From positions 1-38,274 of the forward strand of contig CAYNYY010000006.1 in the NCBI GenBank assembly GCA_964401625.1: a stretch of 38,274 nucleotides of DNA, written 5' to 3'. The position numbers and the translations under genes were made by a program. Shown in pieces: positions 1-7,344 of this stretch (positions are counted from its first letter, which is position 1; each line of letters begins with the position of its first letter). The notes beneath the pieces are model-generated. The model searched no databases and was not told the origin of the DNA. It worked only from the letters and a program-made list of their open reading frames with translations. The stretch is from an uncultured Candidatus Saccharibacteria bacterium. Lineage in GTDB: Bacteria > Patescibacteriota > Minisyncoccia > Phycocordibacterales > UBA9973.

Positions 1-48
1 ATTAACTTTCTTCATTTTCAAAATAGGTTCGTGCAAAGGTAAGTAATA

Positions 49-167
49 GTCCACACAAAGAAACATCTCCAAATAAATCGGTCGCGCGCTTGCGCGCTGT
101 TGTGATGATAGGATGAGAGAAGTCGGATTTGGTTTTGGAAACAACGGCGAATTCGGTGGGTGGGCAA
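49..167. repeat. Left arm of 119-bp inverted repeat flanking the recombinase (partner 1636-1754)
   Basis: Reverse complement of 49-167 matches 1636-1754 at 118/119 positions (mismatch 145/1658), checked by hand. Confidence 0.95.
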
Positions 168-223
168 TGGGTGCAAGAAATGAAATAGAAACAGATTCTT
201 CTTTTTTAATATCAAAAAACTAT

Positions 224-1816
224 ATGACAAACAAACCAAAATATTTTCTATATGCTCGCAAATCAACAGAAGATGATAATCATCAAATTATGAGTATTGA
301 AGCTCAACTTTTTGAGCTTCATGAATTTGCTCGTAAAGAAAATCTTGAAATTATTGAAGAATTTCAAGAGTCGAAAAGTGCAAAGAAACCAGGTCGTGAA
401 AAATTCAGCGAGATGATGGGGAAGATTGAAAATATGGATGGTGTAGGTATTCTCGCATGGCACCCTGACAGATTAGCGAGAAATAGTATTGATGGAGGGC
501 GTATCATCTACGCTGTAGACACGACCAAGGTCATTTCTTTACGCTTTCCGACATTTTGGTTTGAACCAACCCCGCAAGGGCTCTTTATGCTTCAAGTGGC
601 TTTCGGACAATCTAAATATTATTCTGATAATTTAAAACAAAATGTAGAGCGAGGCATCCGCCAAAAAGTTCGAAGAGGTGAGTGGTTGGTTAAAGGTCCC
701 CGTGGCTATATCAATAATCCAAAAACGAGGAATATTGAACCTGACCCTGTTCTTGCAAGAATTATTGTAAAAGCATATAAAGAATTCGCCACGGGGAAAT
801 ATACACTTCCAACTATGTCACAGTTTTTGGCGGAACACGGTGTTATTACGAAAAGTGGAAAGCCACTTGGTAATTCTTCTACTTCTGGTTTATTAACAAA
901 TAAAGCCTATCTTGGTTTTGTAAAACACAAAAGTGAATTTTACCCTGGAAGTTTTACGCCAATTATTTCTCCTACATTATTTGAAGCTGTTCAAAGGCGA
1001 TTGAAAGAACGAGCCAGACCTCGCAAAACAAAAGTTGGACACAATTTTCCTTTTACAGGATTATTCCGTTGTGGTGAGTGTGAAAGTATGATAACGGCTC
1101 AATGGGCGAAAGGTAATGGTGGGCGCTATCGTTATTATCGTTGTACAAAAAAGAAAGGAAAATGTTCACAACCATATTTGCGAGAAGATTTACTTGTTTT
1201 TCAATTAAAGGAACAGCTTCGAGGAATTACGCTTCCCGACGAGTGGATAAAGTATATGGAAGAAAAAACGAATGAATGGGAAAAAGAAACGAAAATCTCG
1301 TCGGAAAGCTATGTCGGGCGGATTAAATATAATGAGAGAGAGATACAGAAAAAACTCGATAATTTAATTACGATGTATCTAGACGGTCATATTCCAAAGG
1401 AAAATTATCTCACTAAGAAAAACGAATTATTAAAACAAAAAGTATCTCTCGCATATAAAATAGACTCCGCCCGAACAGAGAGAAATAATTGGGTCGAACC
1501 CTTGCGGGAATGGATTTTAGATATAAAAAAAGCCACGCAATTGATTTCAAGCGACAATTTTTTTGAAATTAAAGACTATTTCAAAAAAATTGGAACGAAC
1601 CAAACATTGCGTGACAAATCCGTTTCAATCTCATTTTGCCCACCCACCGAATTCGCCATTGTTTCCAAAACCAAATCCGACTTCTCTCATCCTATCATCA
1701 CAACAGCGCGCAAGCGCGCGACCGATTTATTTGGAGATGTTTCTTTGTGTGGACCCTACAGGGGTCGAACCTGCTACCTCCTCATTGCAAATGAGGCGCT
1801 CTACCAGATGAGCTAA
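224..1816 (+). CDS. Large serine recombinase (resolvase catalytic domain, recombinase domain, zinc ribbon, coiled coil)
   Basis: YARKST catalytic Ser motif, DRLAR motif, CGEC...YYRC...C zinc ribbon. ATG at 224 (MTNKPKYFLYARKS) preferred over ATG 113, which lies inside the repeat. The last 20 codons are antisense to tRNA-Ala. Confidence 0.92.
   Translation: MTNKPKYFLYARKSTEDDNHQIMSIEAQLFELHEFARKENLEIIEEFQESKSAKKPGREKFSEMMGKIENMDGVGILAWHPDRLARNSIDGGRIIYAVDTTKVISLRFPTFWFEPTPQGLFMLQVAFGQSKYYSDNLKQNVERGIRQKVRRGEWLVKGPRGYINNPKTRNIEPDPVLARIIVKAYKEFATGKYTLPTMSQFLAEHGVITKSGKPLGNSSTSGLLTNKAYLGFVKHKSEFYPGSFTPIISPTLFEAVQRRLKERARPRKTKVGHNFPFTGLFRCGECESMITAQWAKGNGGRYRYYRCTKKKGKCSQPYLREDLLVFQLKEQLRGITLPDEWIKYMEEKTNEWEKETKISSESYVGRIKYNEREIQKKLDNLITMYLDGHIPKENYLTKKNELLKQKVSLAYKIDSARTERNNWVEPLREWILDIKKATQLISSDNFFEIKDYFKKIGTNQTLRDKSVSISFCPPTEFAIVSKTKSDFSHPIITTARKRATDLFGDVSLCGPYRGRTCYLLIANEALYQMS
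1636..1754. repeat. Right arm of 119-bp inverted repeat, inside the recombinase 3' end and including the last 5 nt of tRNA-Ala
   Basis: Reverse complement of 49-167. Confidence 0.95.
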
Positions 1817-1822
1817 GGGCCC
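1750..1822 (-). tRNA. tRNA-Ala(TGC)
   Basis: GGGCCCT acceptor stem, CCTCA-TT-TGC-AA-TGAGG anticodon arm, GGTTCGAC T-loop; CCA not encoded. Confidence 0.96.
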
Positions 1823-1916
1823 ATATTCTTAATGGATGTTTACATATTACCTTATTTTATTTTTTTTGCAACATTTTTTATATTCGTAAGTTTTATTTTA
1901 AGGAAGGACTTGATAT

Positions 1917-1933
1917 TATACCCCATAGGGGTT
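1917..1933. promoter_or_regulatory. Putative CsoR-family operator
   Basis: TATACCCCATAGGGGTT, a C/G-tract palindrome just upstream of the csoR-like start; resembles known CsoR operators. Confidence 0.7.
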
Positions 1934-1945
1934 AATATATTAAAT

Positions 1946-2209
1946 ATGAATTATGATAAGAAAAAAATTATAAAAAGACTTAATATTATAAAAGGTCAGA
2001 TTAGAGGACTAGAAGAAATGATTAATAATGATACTTATTGTATTGATATCATTACTCAAAGTTCAGCCGTAAAACAAGCCTTATCTGGGGTTGAAGATAT
2101 TTTATTAAAAAATCATTTATCTAGTTGTGTTGTAGATCAAATAAAAGGTGGAGCTACTGATAAAACGGTTGAAGAAGTTCTCAAGGTTTATAAATTAAAA
2201 AGGAAGTAA
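1946..2209 (+). CDS. csoR: CsoR/RcnR-family metal-sensing repressor
   Basis: RLNIIKGQIRGL...YCIDI...NHLSSC with Cys-His-Cys ligand set; start at 1946 gives a typical length of about 87 aa. Confidence 0.88.
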   Translation: MNYDKKKIIKRLNIIKGQIRGLEEMINNDTYCIDIITQSSAVKQALSGVEDILLKNHLSSCVVDQIKGGATDKTVEEVLKVYKLKRK

Positions 2210-2296
2210 TATTTTCTCTTGTTATTACTAGGGTGGGGTATTTTCTGTTGGGAGTAAGTATACTATTTTAATGTAATTTGCTACAATTTATAGAGT

Positions 2297-3811
2297 ATGT
2301 CATTAAATAAATCTAATAAAATACAAATAATTAAATATGCACCTCCACCCACCGATTTGCCGATTCTAACAGGTTCCGATCCGAATGATGTAACTTTTCT
2401 TGGTAGAACAAACTATGTTGCAGCTTTAGAAGAAAAAAAATTTATTTTTGGTATTAAGCGTATAGATCGTAGACGGCATATGTACATCATAGGTAAATCT
2501 GGAGTGGGTAAATCAAAGTTACTAGAGCTAATGATTCGTCAAGATATTGCTTACGGTAGAGGTGTTTGTGTTATAGATCCTCACGGAGATCTTCTAGATG
2601 GTATTTTAGATTTTATTCCTAAAGAAAGAGTTGAAGATGTTTGTGTCATTGATCCTGGAGATGTTGATTTTCCGATATCTTTTAATCCGTTAGCAAATAT
2701 TGATCCTAATTTTAAACATCAACTTACTCAAGGATTAATAGAAGTTCTCCGTAAACAATTTGGAGCTAATTGGACTCCTCGTTTAGAGCACGTTTTTCGT
2801 TTTACAACTTTAGCTTTATTAGATTATCCTCACGCTACAATGCGTGGAATGATTTCAATGTTAACAGATAGAAATTATCGTCAAAAAGTTACTGAATATA
2901 TTGAAGATGATATGGTCAAGCGGTTCTGGGCAATTGAATTTGCTGATTGGTCTGAGAAATTTGATACAGATGCAATTATTCCTTTGGTTAATAAACTTGG
3001 ACAATTTTTATCTGATCCAATGCTTAGAAATATTTTTGGACAGGAAAAAAATAAAGTTGATATTGAAAGATTAATGAATGAACAAAAAATTTTATTGATT
3101 AATCTTTCTAAGGGTAAACTTGGAGAAGAAAACTCGTCTTTTTTCGGAGCGATGTTTTTAACGAAGATTAAACAAGCTGGTATGGCTCGAGCAAAAATAG
3201 ATCCGAAAGATCGTCAAGATTTTTATTTATATGTAGATGAATTTCATAATATAGTAACTGATACTTTTGAGAATATTCTCTCTGAATCTAGAAAATATGG
3301 AATTAATTTAGTCATTGCTCATCAATATATTGGACAGTTATTACCAAAAGTTCAACAAGCGGTGCTTGGGAATACTGGATCCATTATTTGTTTTAGGGTT
3401 GGTGGTGATGATGCATTAAAACTTAAACCAGAATTTGCCCCAATCTTTGATGTCAAAGATATGATCAATTTAGGTGTTGGTGAGTTTTATATAAAAATGA
3501 CAATTGACGGAGAAAGTTATGATCCATTTTCAGCCGAAACTTTACGAGTTTTACCGGCGACCCATAAATCTCTTCGCCAAGAAATTATGGAAGCCTCTAG
3601 AAGAAAATATGCAATTTCAGCTGGTGATGCTCAGAGATTGATTGCTGAGGAAGAAGCGACTATTATCAGATCAACTCAAGAAAAAGCTGCTATTACTGGT
3701 GGAACTAATCCATCATCAAATAAATCTGAAAATAAACTCAATGAATCTAATGAACCTAATTCTCAACAAAATCCTTCGAAAGAAGAAAAAGGAGGTGAGC
3801 CTTTAATTTAA
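2297..3811 (+). CDS. VirD4/TraD/HerA-like (type IV coupling protein-like) P-loop ATPase
   Basis: RRHMYIIGKSGVGKS Walker A, VIDPHGD, LYVDEFH Walker B, ESRKYG...AHQ motifs. Confidence 0.85.
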   Translation: MSLNKSNKIQIIKYAPPPTDLPILTGSDPNDVTFLGRTNYVAALEEKKFIFGIKRIDRRRHMYIIGKSGVGKSKLLELMIRQDIAYGRGVCVIDPHGDLLDGILDFIPKERVEDVCVIDPGDVDFPISFNPLANIDPNFKHQLTQGLIEVLRKQFGANWTPRLEHVFRFTTLALLDYPHATMRGMISMLTDRNYRQKVTEYIEDDMVKRFWAIEFADWSEKFDTDAIIPLVNKLGQFLSDPMLRNIFGQEKNKVDIERLMNEQKILLINLSKGKLGEENSSFFGAMFLTKIKQAGMARAKIDPKDRQDFYLYVDEFHNIVTDTFENILSESRKYGINLVIAHQYIGQLLPKVQQAVLGNTGSIICFRVGGDDALKLKPEFAPIFDVKDMINLGVGEFYIKMTIDGESYDPFSAETLRVLPATHKSLRQEIMEASRRKYAISAGDAQRLIAEEEATIIRSTQEKAAITGGTNPSSNKSENKLNESNEPNSQQNPSKEEKGGEPLI

Positions 3812-3930
3812 TTAAAAATTAAAAATTAAAAATAAAGATTAAAACAAAAATTTGTACAAATTGCAAAAATATTTTTAACAGAACTTAAACTGAATTAAAC
3901 TTTACATATCAAAATTAACGTTGTATAACA

Positions 3931-3949
3931 TTACCAGCCTTGCTGGGTT
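3931..3949 (+). repeat. REP-like hairpin TTACCAGCCTTGCTGGGTT, copy 1
   Basis: Identical 19-mer at 4634-4652 and inverted at about 36949-36967; CCAGC-CTT-GCTGG stem-loop. Confidence 0.88.
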
Positions 3950-3978
3950 TTATATATAAAAATTGCTACAATATAAAT

Positions 3979-4629
3979 ATGTCAATCAGAAAAGTTAATT
4001 TTATTAAAGGGGAATATTATCATATTTATAATCGAGGGAATAGTAAACAGAAAATTTTTAGAGATAAACAAGATTATGAATATTTCTTATATTTACTTTT
4101 TCTTTCCAACGAGAATAAAAAGTTTAAGATTTCTTTTTTAGAATCTGATGTTTATAAAACTAAAAGGGAGAGTCAAGTGGTGGCAATTGGAGCATATTGT
4201 TTAATGCCGAATCATTTTCATATTATTATAACTGAAATGAATAAAGAAGGTATAAGTAAATTTATGCATAAAGTTTCTAGTGGATATGCCCATTATTATA
4301 ATAAAAAATATAAAAGAACAGGATCTCTATTTGAAGGAAAATTTAAATCACAATATATAGATACCGATAACTATCTAAAATATTTATTTTCTTATATACA
4401 TTTAAATCCAATAAAATTAATTCAAAGAGATTGGAAAGAAAAAGGGATACAAAACAAACATAGAATTATAGATTTTTTAAAAAATTATAAATATTCAAGT
4501 TTCTTGGATTATTTAGGTATTGAGAGAAAAGAGAATTTTATTTTAAATAAAAAAGTATTTCCGAATTACTTTTTATCCACTAAAGATTTTATGAATGAAA
4601 TATTTGACTGGCTTAAAATAGAGTTGTAG
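3979..4629 (+). CDS. REP-associated tyrosine transposase (RAYT; Y1 HUH family)
   Basis: YYHIYNRG, YCLMPNHFH (HUH), GSLFEGKFKS, YIHLNP and YSS motifs; ATG at 3979. Confidence 0.9.
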   Translation: MSIRKVNFIKGEYYHIYNRGNSKQKIFRDKQDYEYFLYLLFLSNENKKFKISFLESDVYKTKRESQVVAIGAYCLMPNHFHIIITEMNKEGISKFMHKVSSGYAHYYNKKYKRTGSLFEGKFKSQYIDTDNYLKYLFSYIHLNPIKLIQRDWKEKGIQNKHRIIDFLKNYKYSSFLDYLGIERKENFILNKKVFPNYFLSTKDFMNEIFDWLKIEL

Positions 4630-4633
4630 AAAG

Positions 4634-4652
4634 TTACCAGCCTTGCTGGGTT
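4634..4652 (+). repeat. REP-like hairpin, copy 2
   Basis: Direct repeat of 3931-3949, just after the transposase stop codon. Confidence 0.88.
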
Positions 4653-4772
4653 GGATCTGGGTTGGATTTAGATGATAATTTAAAAATCATGATATAATAT
4701 AATTAGAATACAAAGGTCGTCCGACTAGAATCGGAGTCCGATTCTAGCTAAAATAATTTATTTATATATTTT

Positions 4773-5078
4773 ATGATTTTTATACACATAACATGTAAAG
4801 ATATAGAGGAAGCTCAAAAGATTGGTAATTTGATTATTGAAAGAGAAATAGGAGCCTGTGTTGATTTTTGGCCGATTTCTTCTTGTTACAATTTTGAAGG
4901 GAAACTCATATGTAAGACACGAGCAAAACTTTTAATTACTACTTTTGAATCAAAAATTGATGCTATCACCAAACTTATTTCTGAACATCATTCGTATATT
5001 GTTCCGCTTATTGCTGGAGTAGATATTAGGCGCATGAATCGCCCTTATAAAGAATGGATGATGAAAGTAATAAAATAA
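4773..5078 (+). CDS. cutA: Divalent-cation tolerance protein CutA
   Basis: EEAQKIG...GACV...HHSYIVPLI...YKEW pattern, 101 aa. Confidence 0.8.
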   Translation: MIFIHITCKDIEEAQKIGNLIIEREIGACVDFWPISSCYNFEGKLICKTRAKLLITTFESKIDAITKLISEHHSYIVPLIAGVDIRRMNRPYKEWMMKVIK

Positions 5079-5225
5079 ATAATATGTTACCTAAAACAGT
5101 TGTGATTTTTTGGGAATCATATAAACCTGAGTTGTATCACTCTTCAATTTTAAACAAATAATAAATTATTGAACTAACAATTTGACTTTTTTATTTGTTT
5201 ATTTAAGGTATAATATAGATATAAT

Positions 5226-7340
5226 ATGGATAATAATGAAATACCATACAATCGTGATGTAACTTATTTTGCTCGAACAAATTTTCGAAATACAAATGAG
5301 ATTTTTGGTATTAAACGTAATGATCGGAGACAGCACATGTATATACTTGGTAAATCTGGTTCAGGTAAATCTGTACTTCTTTCTAATTTGATTATTCAAG
5401 ATATTAAGAATGGTGAAGGAGTTTGCGTAGTTGACCCTCACGGAGAATTAGTAGAAGAATTATTGCATTTAATTCCAGACAATAGAGCTGATGATGTCAT
5501 CTATTTTAATCCAGCTGATACGGATTTCCATGTTGGGTTTAATGTAATCCAGTTAACTGATCCAAAATATAAACACCTCGTAGCCTCAGGGTTAATGGGT
5601 ATTTTCACGAAAATATGGGCTAATGCTTGGAGCGCTAGGATGGAATATATTTTGAACAATACAATTTTAGCTTTACTTGATACTCCTAATACGACAATGT
5701 TGGGCATTCCTCGTATGTTGGTAGATAAAGATTATCGTCAAATGATTATAAATAACCTGAAAGATCCAGTGGTTAAAGCTTTTTGGGTTCATGAATATGA
5801 ACAATGGCGAGAGCAATTTCGTAATGAAGCTATTGCTCCTATTCAGAATAAAGTTGGACAATTTCTCTCTACTTCAATTATCCGTAACATTGTTGGTCAA
5901 TCAAAATCCACTATAGATATTTTCAAAATAATGAACGAAGGAAAAATTTTTCTTGTCAACGTTTCCAAGGGTCGTATCGGAGAAGATAATTCAGCTCTAC
6001 TTGGTGGGATGATTATTACTAAAATACAACTAGCCACAATGGAGCGTGTTCGTATTCCAGAAAATGAGAGGAGAGATTTTTATTTATATGTTGATGAATT
6101 CCAAAATTTTGCTACAGATTCATTCGCTAATATTTTATCGGAAGCTCGTAAATATCGCCTTAATTTAACAATGGCTCATCAATATACAGCTCAGCTTGAT
6201 AATAAAGATAGTTCAAAAGTAAGAGATGCAGTTTTTGGGAACGTTGGAACTATGATAGTCTTCCGAGTCGGGGCTGATGATGCAGATTTTTTAGAAAAAG
6301 AATTTGAACCAGAATTTACAACTCAGGATTTAGTAAATCTACCGAACTACCATATTTACTTAAAATTAATGATTGATGGTGAGACTAGTCGTCCATTTTC
6401 TGCTTCAACCCTTCCTCCACTTAAAGTAGATTTATCTTTGGGAATTAAAGATAAAATTATTAATAATTCTCGTCGTCTCTATACTCGTCCGCGCGAAGAA
6501 GTTGAAGATGAAATTTCAAGATGGAGTGGAATGCTTCAAACATCCAATGGTGAATCTAAATATAAAGCTGATTGTTCAAATTGTAAAAAAACAACTATGG
6601 TGCCCTTTGAACCTAAAGATGGAAGACCTGTATATTGTAAAGATTGTTTGTATAAGATTAAAAATGGTCAATTAAAACCTAGTTCTGGATTCACTGTATC
6701 TAATAAACCATCTATTGTAGAAAGAGAAACAAAATCATCTGGAGTATTAGCGATGCTTGGTATTGAATTTGATAATAATGATTTAAAATCACAAATATCT
6801 AACAATAAAAATATAAAAGATGTTACTAATGTTGAAAAATTAAAAAGTATCAAATCTAAAATTTTAACCTTAGGGCAAAAAAAATCTTCCAAAACAAATA
6901 AAAAACGTTCTAAACCTTCACCTCTTTTGAAAGAATTACTCAAAAAAATAGATATAAATAGTAAAGGGAAGATAGGGACTGAAAAAGAGGAAGTCAAAGA
7001 AATTAAAATTCAATTACCAAAACCTATTTCACTTAATTCTCTTAAAGAAACAGATAGGATAAAAAGAATTAATGAAAACATTATTCCAACCAAAGAAGCT
7101 TCTGAAGAAAAAAAAGCTCCTCTTAAGGATTTACTTATGAAAGTAAATAAAAGTAAAGAAAAACCAATTCCAGAACCAATTCCAGAACCAATTCCAGAAC
7201 CAATTCCAGAACCTGAAGATGATAAAATAGAAAATAAAGATTATAAAATTATTCAAAATAAAGATGAATCTAATATCGGGCAAAAAAAAGATTTAGAAAA
7301 AGAAGTTCCTGAAGATGTCTTGCGTAAGATTTTGGAATAA
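5226..7340 (+). CDS. Second VirD4/TraD-like ATPase with CxxC-x17-CxxC zinc ribbon and Lys-rich C-terminal tail
   Basis: GKSGSGKS, DPHG, YVDEFQNF, EARKY motifs; CSNC-KKTTMVPFEPKDGRPVY-CKDC. Confidence 0.85.
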   Translation: MDNNEIPYNRDVTYFARTNFRNTNEIFGIKRNDRRQHMYILGKSGSGKSVLLSNLIIQDIKNGEGVCVVDPHGELVEELLHLIPDNRADDVIYFNPADTDFHVGFNVIQLTDPKYKHLVASGLMGIFTKIWANAWSARMEYILNNTILALLDTPNTTMLGIPRMLVDKDYRQMIINNLKDPVVKAFWVHEYEQWREQFRNEAIAPIQNKVGQFLSTSIIRNIVGQSKSTIDIFKIMNEGKIFLVNVSKGRIGEDNSALLGGMIITKIQLATMERVRIPENERRDFYLYVDEFQNFATDSFANILSEARKYRLNLTMAHQYTAQLDNKDSSKVRDAVFGNVGTMIVFRVGADDADFLEKEFEPEFTTQDLVNLPNYHIYLKLMIDGETSRPFSASTLPPLKVDLSLGIKDKIINNSRRLYTRPREEVEDEISRWSGMLQTSNGESKYKADCSNCKKTTMVPFEPKDGRPVYCKDCLYKIKNGQLKPSSGFTVSNKPSIVERETKSSGVLAMLGIEFDNNDLKSQISNNKNIKDVTNVEKLKSIKSKILTLGQKKSSKTNKKRSKPSPLLKELLKKIDINSKGKIGTEKEEVKEIKIQLPKPISLNSLKETDRIKRINENIIPTKEASEEKKAPLKDLLMKVNKSKEKPIPEPIPEPIPEPIPEPEDDKIENKDYKIIQNKDESNIGQKKDLEKEVPEDVLRKILE
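7164..7211 (+). repeat. 12-bp tandem repeat x4 (CCAATTCCAGAA, encoding PIPE)
   Basis: Four exact copies read directly. Confidence 0.9.
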
Positions 7341-7344
7341 ATTT

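Noticed and set aside
113-223. 37-aa N-terminal extension of the recombinase from ATG 113
   Set aside because: ATG lies in the repeat arm, antisense to the 3'-end copy; serine recombinase catalytic domains begin close to the YARKS motif.
18-266. 82-aa minus-strand ORF and the 1563-1811 + ORF
   Set aside because: Alternative frames through the inverted repeat, recombinase and tRNA; no independent support.
3810-3900. ATTAAAA-like low-complexity run
   Set aside because: No spacer structure; consistent with AT-rich slippage, not a CRISPR or iteron array.
5084-5161. 25-codon ORF after cutA
   Set aside because: Too short, no recognisable motif.
7164-7211. PIPE repeat (also EDIDEIQ at 18553-18629 and GT at about 16617-16641) as phase-variation loci
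   Set aside because: Unit lengths are multiples of 3 in linker regions, so copy change would not switch genes on or off.
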